Position numbers and translations under genes: made by a program. The notes under the pieces were generated by a model. The model was not told the origin of the DNA. It did not search any database and saw only the letters and a program-made list of their open reading frames with translations. 64,000 nt of DNA from Octopus bimaculoides (taxonomy: Eukaryota). This document shows positions 25,326 through 37,508 of the stretch, piece by piece (the first letter of the stretch is position 1; the number at the start of each line of letters is the position of its first letter). The DNA is taken from positions 114,144,954 through 114,208,953 of the forward strand of contig NC_068985.1 of the NCBI RefSeq assembly GCF_001194135.2, written 5' to 3'.

Positions 25326-25476
25326 ATAACAATAAGAAGAAGAAGAAGAAGAAGAACTACAACATACAGTGAGGGTTTCCTAACAGTTTTTCTCAGCAGT
25401 AATTAAGAAAGATAAGTCATTGCATAAAATTATTAAAAAAGTATATTTAAAAATGCATGCATACAAGAACAGGAGC

Positions 25477-25507
<31 letters not shown>

Positions 25508-26129
25508 AGCCTCAAAGACTTAAGGGGATTTATTTCTTATTCACTGCACTTATCACCCACCACCACCACCCATGCCACCATCTACACCCATCCTAACAAA
25601 TTAATATGTTGTTAGTCACAGCTATTTATATGTTTTAAATTTCTTTTATTGTATTATTATTATTAGTAGTAGTAGTGGTAGTATCTCTTTCATTACTATC
25701 ATTATCAACACCACTATTATCAACATAATTATTACTATTATTATTATCAGCATCATTATTATTATCATTCGTAACGTTATTCCATTTATTTATATATACA
25801 CACATGCATAAACCCACATGCATATATTCATACGCGCGCATACACACACACGCGTGTGCGTGCGTGCATGCATATTTATAACCAAGCATGAAATTTGGTG
25901 CAGAGCTGCTGTCAAAATACTTCAAATCAGAGGAACTTGCTCAAGTCTATAAATCATGGAAAAGAAATAAGGATTTTAGTCTTCATCCTTCAGTTGCTGC
26001 TGTTAATATTGTTTCCGGCAACGATGATGATGACGACCAATATGCCATCCCGACGCCCACCCCAAACCTATTTATGAATCCAAAGTCTCATGCCAATGAA
26101 AAAAGGAAACAAACCTCCATCACCACCAC

Positions 26130-26167
<38 letters not shown>

Positions 26168-26804
26168 TAGCTTCTTTTCCTTACAGAGAATTCTCAGTCT
26201 CCTTGCTTCTCCTTCCCCATTAAGGGAAAAAAACAATCATCATCATTATGTCTCAGCTTCTCTCTCTCCCTCTTCCACCCACTCCCAGTTCTCTATATTT
26301 TCACCTCCCTTTGCCCCTCCCCCTCCCCTCTTTCACTCCTCACGCAATTGGTTCCGTTTCATCGAACATGCAATACTGCGCCTGCTTTAAGCTGTAATAA
26401 CTTAGCTGGAAAGGCAGAACATTCTTTGGAATTAGGGTCGTATTTGTGTTTGCCGGTATGGAGCAGGGAACAAGGAGGACCGGGTGGAAGGTGGGGTGGG
26501 TGGCTTGGAAATAGCAGGAGACAGCAGGAATGGGTGGGCCTAACATTAAAGGAACATGTACATCTGTCTAGGACACTAACACACACACAGCCACATGTAC
26601 AGACATGCCATGTGCAGTCACACATGCAGATATATGCAAAAACAAACACAAACACAAAAGCAAAGAGAGAGAGAGACAGAGATATATACAAACACACACA
26701 CGCAGAAAAACACCGACAAGCACACACACACACAGACACACATACACACACAGATTATTCTTTGTTTTAACCGACATGACTAAGGCAATGTTGAAGAGCC
26801 GGCT

Positions 26805-27170
26805 TTATCATTTATCTTTTACTTTGTTTCAGTCATTGGACTGCGACCATGCTGGGGCACCACCTTGAAAGGTTTAGTTGAACAAATCAATCCCAATACT
26901 TTTTTTTTTTTTTGTAAAGTCTGGTACTTATTCTTCTAATTCTGTCACTCCGCTGCTAAGCCAAACTGCTGCATTACAGGGATGTAAACAATCCAAGACT
27001 GTCGTGTATGAGCAGGGACAAACAGATAGACAATAGCACACACACACACACACACACACACAGACTTTCCATTTATTAAATCCACTCACAATGCTTTGGT
27101 CAGCTTAGCACTATAGTAAGAGGCCCAGTAAGAGTGGTACACAGTGGGACTGAACTCAAGACCATATGAT
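26805..27170 (-). mobile_element. CORE-type SINE (OR-like), C1 tail
   Basis: ttttactttgtttcagtcattggactgcgaccatgctgg...aatccactcacaatgctttggtc...gtgggactgaac. Confidence 0.7.
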
Positions 27171-28653
27171 TGGGAACTCAAGACCCTTTATCTTTGCTAT
27201 TAGCTATTTCCCGATGGCTGCTCCAAAAAACTGCAGAGAAGCACATTTAGTCTCAGAAGTAGTAGAAATGCTGATGGCTATCTTAAAAGTACACTTCAAA
27301 AGTCTCAGAAGCAAATTTCTTTAAGTTCCTTAGCCTTTTTGTTGTAGTTGTTGTCCTTCTTCTTTGACTCTATATCATATTCTGCTTGTTCATTCTTTCT
27401 TGAACTTTGGAATTTGGTCCACCACCACAACCATCACTGTTTTAATCCTTTAGCATTCAAATTACTATGTCAAAAGTAATGTTTATTTATTCACGTTGTT
27501 TTCAATCAATCATACATTATTTCATAGCCTTAGATTTCGATGATGTGACTCTTTATTTATAAAATGACATTGTAGGGTAGGTGTGAGAGGCTGAATCTGA
27601 CTAGAGAGAGCCATATAGATTGTAAAGTTTTTCTCTACTAAAGTGGGTGTTAAACAGTTGACCCAGAGAAAAATTGGATGTTTTCATCCCTATAAGAGGT
27701 ACATATTTTCCTTATATTGGATTTTGATTATATATATAAAATGTGTGTGCGTGTGTGTGTGTACATGTATATGAATACCCATCCGGCTACTTTCAGTTTC
27801 AGTCTAGTCAAAGAGTTCGCTTAGCCCATGAAATAAAATAGAAAACATCTGTCCAGGGTGTCATGTATTGAGACTGAACACAAAACCATATGCTGGGAAA
27901 GCAAACTCCATAATCACAAGCCATGCTTGCATCCATAATGAACTTTTTAACTACATAGCTATAGCTGTGCTTATAATGAGCTTCTTAATCTAAACAATAT
28001 AGAAGAGAAAAAATACCAGCCATATATTGAGTTGAGCTAATTAACTATTGATTTCCCTTAATGAATTTGGAACCACATGCTACTGAAAAAGATTATTACT
28101 GTTGTTAATATTCAAATTCTTCTATCATCAAAGACTGGATTTGGAAATTCATTTGGTGTCAGATTTCTGGCAAATAATGTCTACTATTAATTTATTCCTG
28201 CATAAATTACCATTCTTATTTCTTACACAAAATATGTAAAAATCTTGACAAAGCCAATACTAGCTGGATTAGAATTAAGAAATATGGAAGTATTACCAGA
28301 GTAAGATGCTAATAGAAGAAAATATTGTGAAGAACAATTAACACGAAAATAGCAGTACAATAATATAGTGACGTCTTGTAAAATAAAACAACAATTTGAA
28401 AAACTGGATTTATAAATGCCACTCCATGTAATTTAACTGTAAAGGCTGCACCAAATTTCAATGGTGCTGCTGCTGCTGCTGATGATGATGGTGGTGGGGG
28501 AATGAATGTGTGGTGTGAATGTGTATACATGTAATCACACATGCATATGTGTACATGTATTTACATATGAACACATGTGCCTGTATTTATACACAAATGT
28601 GTGTACATGTATGTGCATGTATATAAACACATATGTGTGCCTCTGTGTGTGTG

Positions 28654-28717
<64 letters not shown>

Positions 28718-29217
28718 CACACACATATATATATATGTACATGAATATGTGTAGGTATCTATACATGAATATGTATGCATGTGGGTGTATTTATACATGA
28801 ACCTGACTGAACAAACAAAAGAAAAGAGAAATCGATATATACACAATCAAATTCACGTCTTTGTTCAAAATCTAAGACTTCACTATTGCTTCACTAAGTG
28901 TTACTGTTCATGAAATGTTCTTCAAAGCATGGCTGTATTTATGAGCATGTATGTATACTTGTATGTGCATAAACACACACACACACATGCACACATATAT
29001 AAAAGCATACATATATACATACAAAAGTAGACATTGGCATATATATGTGCACACACACACACACATATATATATGTGTGTGCACTCGCAAAATTAGTGTA
29101 TAGTATGTACTATGAAATAAAAAGCAATACTTGTGCTAAGTGTTAGGAACGGTAGTGTATGTGCACGTGTATACACATATCTGTATGTGTACATATACAT
29201 ACATTATAAGTATATAT

Positions 29218-29432
29218 ATAACTCTTCGAAACGCCTGTGTTTTAATGGTGGCAGCTGATGAAGGATATGTTCTCTACGTGGCCTGCTTGTTTGTTGTACC
29301 TTGTTTATCATTTTGTCCATGCTTTTTTGCAACGTCATGTACCTAGATATGTATCTATATGTACATGTAGATGAAGGTATGTACATACATGTACATATAT
29401 ATGCATATACTCATATATTGTTTATATATATA
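29218..29432 (+). mobile_element. Penelope-like repeat, family A
   Basis: actcttcgaaacgcctgtgttttaatggtggcagctgatgaagg...; ends in (TA)n and a gap. Confidence 0.6.
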
Positions 29433-29644
29433 NNNNNNNNNNNNNNNNNNNNNNNNNNNNNNNNNNNNNNNNNNNNNNNNNNNNNNNNNNNNNNNNNNNN
29501 NNNNNNNNNNNNNNNNNNNNNNNNNNNNNNNNNNNNNNNNNNNNNNNNNNNNNNNNNNNNNNNNNNNNNNNNNNNNNNNNNNNNNNNNNNNNNNNNNNNN
29601 NNNNNNNNNNNNNNNNNNNNNNNNNNNNNNNNNNNNNNNNNNNN

Positions 29645-29910
29645 TTTTTTTTTTTTTTGTGTGGATGGCACATGAAATGCACCATTTTGAGCCTGGCTGT
29701 TGCCAGTACCGCCTGACTGGCCTTTGTGTGGGTGACACGTAAAAGCACCCACTACACTCTCTGAGTGGTTGGCGTTAGGAAGGGCATCCAGCTGTAGAAA
29801 CTCTGCCAAATCAGATTGGAGCCTGGTGTAGCCATCTGGTTTCACCAGTCCTCAGTCAAATCGTCCAACCCATGCTAGCATGGAAAGCGGACGTTAAACG
29901 ACGACGACGA
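29645..29910 (+). mobile_element. Young family-V SINE module
   Basis: gttggcgttaggaagggcatccagctgtagaaactctgcc...agcggacgttaaacgacgacg. Confidence 0.8.
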
Positions 29911-30439
29911 CACACACACAGAAAGAGAGAGAGGAAGAGGTGTTATTATTTTAAAGCAAGTTTAAGAACAATAACAACAGATAAGTGGTGGGGGTGGGCT
30001 CCATACTGGGAGCAGAGTAAAATTTATTATGAAACACTTGCTGTCTGCAAATTTTAGATTTGGTTGACGATTCCTTTATGTTAAGCCACCAAGTATAATC
30101 TAACGTCTGAGCCAACATAAATTTCATAATAAATATATCATACCTGTATACGTACACACACAACCACACATACTCATACATAAGCACTTAGGCACTGATG
30201 CCAAACTATGGTTCACCAGATCCTTTCAAACTATCCAAGCCAATAACAGCATGGAAAATTGACCCTAAAATGGTGAAGAGGAGGATCATATATATGGTAA
30301 AGTCATTTATGTAATAAAATGCCAACAGCTTTAATTCTTAATTCCTAGTACCATTCCTAGCTTCTATGCAGACTGGGTTAGTTACTTTGATGGACAAGTT
30401 GATCTCTTGGTAAACATGCACATGAAAGTGCATGTGTAC

Positions 30440-30772
30440 CCACATGGTTATTAAGATCCCCAACATGTTCAATAAAGTTCCTGCATGTCCACTGAAGTCC
30501 CTGCATCCCAGTTAAGGTCTCCATATACTCCTTAAAGTTCCAGCATATTTGTCAATGTCTCCACAAACCCATTAAAATTCTGCATGTCCATTGAAAGCTC
30601 CACATACCCATTAAAGTCTCCCCATGTCCATTAAAGCCCTCACTGTGTCCAATAAACTCCCTACATGCAGATTAAGGGCTCTACATGCCCCTTAAAGTCC
30701 CAGCATTTTTGTCAAAGTCTCTACAAACCCATTAAAACCCTATCTATGTCCATTAAAGTCCATCAATCTCAT
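30440..30772. repeat. Degenerate 20-21 bp minisatellite (cccattaaagtctccacat-like)
   Basis: ccattaaag recurs with a period of about 21 nt. Confidence 0.7.
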
Positions 30773-30810
30773 TTTAACAGATATATTTACCAAAATTACA
30801 TAAAAAATAT

Positions 30811-31542
30811 TTATTCAAAAAGATCACCAATGGCTTCAACCATGGCATCCAGACGACTCTGGAATCTCCTGCAACTCTTCTGTATAGTCACCTTGTTTAA
30901 GTTGGTGAATGCTGCCATAGTCCTTGCCTTCAGTTCATCTTTGGTGTTGCAAAGACATTTGTCGGTCTCTCGCTCAACTGTGCCCTACACATAATAACCA
31001 AGGGGGTTTCAGTCTGGGGAGTTAGGTGGCCAAATGTTAGGGGTGATGTGGTCACAAAATTTGTCTGACAGCCATGACTGGGTTCTCCTGCTTGTGTGGT
31101 ATGGTGCAGAGTCCTGTTGCCAGACATAGAGTCTTCCTGCAGCCACCTTCTTGACCCAGGGCAGCACTACCTCCTCCAGGCACTTGATGTAGGCCTCCAT
31201 GTTGAGTCTGAGACCATGTGGGAAGATGGAAGCATAACATTACCCTCACTAGTGATCACTCCAAACACCATGATGTTAACTGAATGTTTGATTTTTATCA
31301 CTCTCGGTACATGCCAGACCCTCTGAAATGTTCATATCGGAGCTTCTGGCATGAATGCCAAGTAGTATAGCATGTTGTTTCCAAATTTCTGGCAGAGTGA
31401 ATTGCATCATGGTGCTGTTTTTCTCACAGATGGTGCCCAGCTGACCCTACTACATTGTGTATTCGACAAAATCAAAAACACAACAACGTGCATGCACAAA
31501 ATAAAAAATATAAAATAGTGACAATTTATCCATTGCACCCTG
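30811..31542 (-). mobile_element. Internally deleted Tc1/mariner-superfamily DD37D (maT) element with decayed transposase
   Basis: TA|CAGGGTGCAATGG TIR ends at 31542. ATG at 31410 (MMQFTLPEIWKQHAILLG), then ...IMVFGVITSEG [frameshift] FPHGLRLNMEAYIKCLEEVVLPW...VWQQDSAPYH...WPPNSPD*NPLGY...CRRFQSRLDAMVEAIGDLFE* (stop 30811). There are 37 residues between the second D and the NPL(D>G) position. Confidence 0.9.
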
Positions 31543-31584
31543 TATGTATGTACGTATGTATGTATATACATACAGATGAAAACA

Positions 31585-31702
31585 GTTTGATTCAGACTTC
31601 TCGGTACTCTGAGTTTTAAGTGTGTGACTAGTCTTTGGCCATTAGGGTCTGAAAACTAGCCACATGCTTGAAACTCAGAGTACCAAGGAGTCTGAATCAA
31701 AC
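31585..31702. repeat. Foldback hairpin, 48-bp arms, 22-nt loop
   Basis: 31585-31632 versus 31655-31702; 6 mismatches, all transitions. Confidence 0.85.
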
Positions 31703-31783
31703 TTTTGATCTATACATATAACTCCCAATAAATGTGTTGAGTACACTTATTTCATTTGTCTACTCACTCTCTCTCTCTCTCTC

Positions 31784-31851
<68 letters not shown>

Positions 31852-31864
31852 AGAAAGCAAAGAG

Positions 31865-32018
31865 ACATCTTTCACTTTCTGTCAACCAAATCCACTTACA
31901 AAGTTCTGGTTGAGCCAAGGTTATAGCTTAAAACTTTTCACCAAGGTGCCATGCAATGGGGCCGAACTCAGAATCATGTGATTGGGAAGCCGGCTTCTTA
32001 CCACACAGTCATGCCTGC
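31865..32018 (-). mobile_element. CORE-type SINE head
   Basis: aaatccacttacaaag...ccaaggtgccatgc...ttcttaccacacagtcatgcc. Confidence 0.6.
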
Positions 32019-32689
32019 GCCTGTAGTCCACCATGATGATGATTGTGGAAAATGACTATGGTGGTTGTTATGATGATGACAGTGGTAACAATGGTGATGA
32101 TAATTGTGATGATGATGATGGTGGTGTTGATGCTGATCAGAATGCAACTATTCTGATAATGGTAACCACAAGTTAAGATTATGGTCAACAATGGTAATGG
32201 TGTGGATGATGGTCATTATGCTGCTGCTGTTGATGACGATGAAGGATGCCAATGGTAACATAAAAGTCATTGTGGTGATGACAAAGAGATGCTAAAAGTA
32301 CTACAGGATGACAGTAGTAGAAATGCTGATGGCTATCTTAAAAGTACACCTATCACACAACAATAACTACCACCACCACCACTACTACTACTACTACCAT
32401 CACCACCACTGTAGTTAATCTTATAAGAGGAGGGGAGACAGAACAAGGATGAAAGAAGGGGAGTTGATAAAGAAAGTGAATAGAGTCAAGTGTCACATGA
32501 TCAAAATGAGAATCACAGCTTGTGTATAAAGTGATTTCCCAGCACAGCATTCCAAAAGTATGTTACATCAACTACAACAGTTTCTGTTGATATAAAACTA
32601 GCACTGGGCTATCACCTTTCCAAAAGATATTTCAGCTATGTTGGGTCTGTATGTACGTGTGTGTTTAATTTAAATAATCCTCTATACAA

Positions 32690-32860
32690 TAGACAAAGGC
32701 CTGAAATTTGTCAGGGAGAGAGAACGGGCTAGTCAATTATACAGCCCCAGGGCTTAACTGATACTTATTTCATTGACCTTTGAAAGGATGAAAGGCAAAG
32801 ATGACCTTGGTGAAATTTGAACTCAGAGCATAAAGACAGATGAAATGCCACAAAATAATT
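32690..32860 (-). mobile_element. Family-M SINE
   Basis: acaaaggcctgaaatttg...gaaaggatgaaaggcaaag...atttgaactcagag. Confidence 0.65.
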
Positions 32861-32992
32861 TTACATTGCATTAAGCTAAAGAATTACTCAATACTTAATA
32901 TAGAGTATATATTTGTCGGACAGTCTAATGAAGGCTAATCACACTGAAACTTCAATCAGTCAACACTATACTTGTGAAAAAATAATTGTGTA

Positions 32993-33023
<31 letters not shown>

Positions 33024-33409
33024 ATGTGTGTGTGAGTGTGTGTGTATGTATGTGGGAGGGGGCGTATCTGTATGTGTACACAAACACACAACCATACCAA
33101 ATTTTCTAATAGTTTATTGATAACAGGATCGCTAAAAAGCTAGGTTGATCTGAATAAGTTTCAGATTCAAAACAATAGGACAAGAGAATTTTAAAGCAAC
33201 AATGAAAAATATCTCAGCATATGACTGGTACTAAATTTTATTGCGCCTGCTTAATAATTTCAATAAAAAAAAAAAGACTTTTTCACTTACTGAGCGTTAA
33301 ACTAATACATCTGTTTGTTGTCTACACCACCTGTCTTCATCTTTTGTGAATTCTCCCCCTATACACACACACACACACACACATATATATATGTATATAT
33401 ATATATATC

Positions 33410-33680
33410 ATCATCATTTAATGTTTGTTGTCCATGGCATGGGTTGGATGGTTTGACCAGGGCTGGTAAGATGAGGGGCTGCACCAGACTCTAATCTGAT
33501 TTGGCATGGTTTCTACAGCAGAATGCCCTTCCTAATACCAGCCACTCCAAGAGTGTAATGGGGGCTTTTAATGTGCCACTGGCATGGGTGACAGTCACGT
33601 GACACTGGCATCAACCCCATAGCCCCCTGTGAGACCCAGTGCTTGAATGGTGCCTCTTACGTGCCACCGGCATGGGTACC
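33410..33680 (-). mobile_element. Family-V SINE module, older
   Basis: ggcatgggttggatgg...gaatgcccttcctaatacc. Confidence 0.65.
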
Positions 33681-33860
33681 AAACAAAATATTCACATGCT
33701 TTTATTTATAGCTTTTCTACTTCGAGATCCACAGTTCCAAAAATTAAAAAAAAATAAAAAAGAATTATTCTACCTTATCTTGAAGTTTTGAAATTCTCAT
33801 GGCATCAACAGTATACAATTCTTACAGATAAGAATGACAGAGAAATTAGAAATTCAAAGG

Positions 33861-33938
33861 TTTGTTTTGGTTCAATGGTAGAATGCCTCTCATGTTTACA
33901 AGAGATGTGGATTCATGTCCCACGAGCAGCATTTTTTT
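33861..33938 (+). pseudogene. Decayed tRNA-like sequence followed by T7
   Basis: D-arm GTTC-AATGGTA-GAAT (A-box tggttcaatgg); T-arm GTGG(A)-TTCATGT-(C)CCAC; 3' acceptor strand GAGCAGC-A pairs with tttgttt mainly through G-U; anticodon arm broken; TTTTTTT at 33932-33938. Confidence 0.35.
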
Positions 33939-34049
33939 CCTCTCCAAAAAGCTTTTTAACCAGATATTTACATACTATTATTTATAGCTTTACTGCTTCA
34001 AGATCCACTGTTCCCCAAAAGAATTATACACACACACACACGCACACAC

Positions 34050-34460
34050 ATCTTTCATATGTTTCAGTTGTTAGACTGCGACCATGCTGGGGCACCGCCT
34101 TGAAGAATCTTTTGTCAAACACCTCAACCCCAGTACTTATTCTATTGAGCTCTTTGCTGAGCTGCTAAGTTACAGGGATGTAAACAAACCATCACCGGTT
34201 GTCAAGTGGCAGTTGGGGGACAAACACAAAGAGACACACTGATATATCATCATCATATATATATATATATATATATATNNNNNNNNNNAGAGAGAGAGAT
34301 GTATATATATGGCAGGCTTCTTTCAGTTTCCATCTACCAAATCCACTCACAAGGCTTTGGTTGGTCTGTGGCTATAGTAGAAGATACTTGCTCAAGGTGC
34401 CATACAGTTGGACTGAACCCAGAACCATGTGGTTGGGAAGCAAGCTTTTTTACCACCCAG
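34050..34460 (-). mobile_element. CORE-type SINE, C1 tail
   Basis: gtttcagttgttagactgcgaccatgctgg...ctaccaaatccactcacaaggctttgg...gcaagcttttttaccac. Confidence 0.75.
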
Positions 34461-34598
34461 TCATATCTATCACAACTGTTCTATGCTTTGTTTAAATTCT
34501 TTATTATGAAGTAAATATCCTTGAGTTAACACCAATTGCTTTGCTTGTCCATCTTCCATTTTTGATCTATTTATGTATATACACACACACACATACAT

Positions 34599-34632
<34 letters not shown>

Positions 34633-35153
34633 TATGGATGGACGGACAGACAGACAGATTTATGAAGGAATTAGTATAATCAGTTAAATTCAATCCTGTA
34701 ATATATTACTATAGAGGGATTATGTCGAGTAACCAAGAGGGATGAAACTAAATACTAATGCAAAAAAGTCTTAGTCCAATTTTGATCAACTTTAATCTTT
34801 TCAAATCCTATAAAAGCAGGGAGGTGGGTTTAGCTACCATGAAAGTATAAGAGACCAGATCCCTTCGTTAAACACCAATCACCAGCAGTACCTAGTGTTG
34901 TTATGCGCCCCTACTCCCAACCCATGTAATGTAATTTCATTCTCTACCCTCATTCATCACAGTGGATAAGTTGTTTGAACAATTCGTCACTGTCACACTA
35001 ATTGTAACGACAACGAAAACAACAACAACAACAATGATGATAATAATAATAATATTGAACAAAAAAAAACGCCACAGACTTGAATAAGGAAATAAACTTT
35101 TTTTTTTTTCTCATCTAATATCTCACAATGATTAATGAAAATAATGAATAATG

Positions 35154-35184
<31 letters not shown>

Positions 35185-35474
35185 GAGAGATAAGAGGATA
35201 ACTGATGACACAATTGAAAAGATAGGACATCATCATGATTATCATCATCATCATCATCACCAAAACGAAACAAGAGCAAGTATTAAGCTAATTTGATTAA
35301 GGACTGAGATGCAGTGAGAGAGAGACAGAACTGAAAATACAATTGAACAAGACCCTGTGTGTGTGTGTGAGAGAGAGAGGGGGAGAGAGAGAGAGAGAGA
35401 GAGAATGAAATGAGGAGGACTGGTCCTAAGCCTCTGCTCATGAGGAAAAAACAGACCAATAGAATGTCTGATGC

Positions 35475-35890
35475 AGATATGGCTGTGTGGTAAAGAAGCT
35501 TGCATGGCAACCACGTGTTTTAGGGATCAGTTCCACTGAGCAGTACCTTGCAAATTTCTTCTACTACAACCCTGGGCTGAACAATGCCTTGTAAGTGAAT
35601 TTGGTCAATGGAAATTGTGTGGAAGCCTGTTGTATATGTGTGTGCATGTGTGTGTGTATATATACACCATTTTGAGCATGGCCGTTGCCAGTACCGCCTG
35701 ACTGGCCCTCGTGCCGGTGGCACGTAAAAGCACCCACTACACTCTCAGACTGGTTGGTGTTAGGAAGGGCATCCAGCTGTAGAAACTCTGCCAAATCAGA
35801 TTGGAGCCTGGTGTAGCGATCTGGTTCACCAGTCCTCAGTCAAATTGTCCAACCCATGCTAGCATGGAAAGCGGACGATAAATGATCATG
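35475..35890 (+). mobile_element. CORE-type SINE head joined to a young family-V 3' module
   Basis: atggctgtgtggtaaagaagcttgc...; 35663-35885 is the near-exact reverse complement of 51916-52135. Confidence 0.8.
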
Positions 35891-36589
35891 ATGATGATAT
35901 GCACATATCCATATACACATTGCCTAGTGGTTAGGGTGTTGCAAAACACTGCATCTCACATTGCTCTGCAATCACTTTGGCACTCGAAGTGTGGAACACT
36001 GCGTACCTGTTAAGGCAACGTCGATTTAATGGAGGGAGTAACCATATGAACCCTGGCTGAAAACCACTGGTTTGGACCGGTTGAATGTTTGCATTGCACC
36101 ATTAGGTCACTTGCTCCATCAATTTGACATTACCTGTGCAGGTACACACTGTGCCACATGTCGAAGTGGTACTGGGTTACCATTCACAAAAGTGACCACC
36201 AGCAAACTAGAACATTTCTCACTGATTTACATCCCAAAAGAAGTCACCAAAGAAGAACTTCTCTGATTCCATTCCATTCCATACCGTATGGGGTATAAAA
36301 AGTAAAAGAAAAACAAAGGATTATCTTGTGGGTGTGGCAAAATGGTAAGTGGGGTAGGGCTGAAGAAGAGAAAAGAAAAATAACAAAACTGGGTGGAAAT
36401 ACTAGGAGGAAAGCTGAGCCAGAAGACATAATAATAAACACAGAAGTGACAACACAAAACTCAATTCTGGCTATGAACACATATCTGATTTTGAGTGAGA
36501 CAATCAGCTTCTTTCTCTTTCTCTTTCTTTGTTCTCCCTCTCCAAATTCCAGTGCACACATATGCATCATCTCATTTCGCCACACACAT

Positions 36590-37225
36590 ACCATTATTAT
36601 CACCATCATCATCATCATGTATCATTATTATTATTATTATTATTATTATTAGTGTTAATAGTAATAGTAGCAGTAGTAATATCATCAATATCACTATTGC
36701 CATTATTTCTATCGTTGTTGCCACACCTATTATTATCATTAACATCATTGCTGTCATTATTATTATTATCGTCATTATTATCATCATCATCATCATCGTC
36801 ATTATTATCATCATCATCATCATCATCATTATCGTCATTATTATCATCATCGTCATCATCATCATTATCGTCATTATTATCATCATCGTCATCATCATCA
36901 TCATCATCATCGTCATCGTCATCGTCATCATTATCATCATCATCCAACATCATCATCATTATCATCATCATCATTATCATCTTCATCATCATTATCATCT
37001 TCATTTTCATCATCATCGTCATCGTCATCGTCATCATCATTATCATCATCACTATTATTATTATCATCATTATTATTGTTGTTGCTGTTATTATTATTAT
37101 TATCATTATTATTATTATTATCATTATTATTATTATTATCGTTATTATTATTATTATCGTTATTATTATTATCATTATTATCATTATTATTGTTATTTAG
37201 CATATTAATATCATTATCATTGCTG
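36590..37225. repeat. Compound (ATC)/(ATT)/(GTC) trinucleotide tract, about 630 bp
   Basis: Seen directly. Confidence 0.95.
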
Positions 37226-37459
37226 TAGCAGCAGCAGCAGCCAGAAGACCCAAGGCCGTTTTACCAGAAACTGATTCCGTTCTGTGTTTCTTTCGCAAAA
37301 TGAAGCCTAAGTAAATACCTTAACACCTAATATCGCCTCTCACAGCTATTTCTTTGTATGCATGTAGCAAAGGAAGGAAAGTAAGGGTTAGGGTTCATGC
37401 ATGTGAATGCATGTAGAGCTGTTGGGGTGGAGGTGGGGCATCGTGGGATCTGTCTTTGC

Positions 37460-37508
<49 letters not shown>

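Noticed and set aside
25888-26223. 111-aa plus-strand ORF MKFGAELLSKYFKSEEL...
   Set aside because: No recognisable domain; it runs into microsatellite and is antisense to the plexin, with no splice or promoter support.
36495-37208. Long poly-I/H/D/S ORFs (also 4941-5302, 22461-23399, 40042-41024, 41055-42272)
   Set aside because: These are translations of microsatellites and N gaps.
37384-37394. gggttagggtt telomere-like word
   Set aside because: Under two units; expected by chance.
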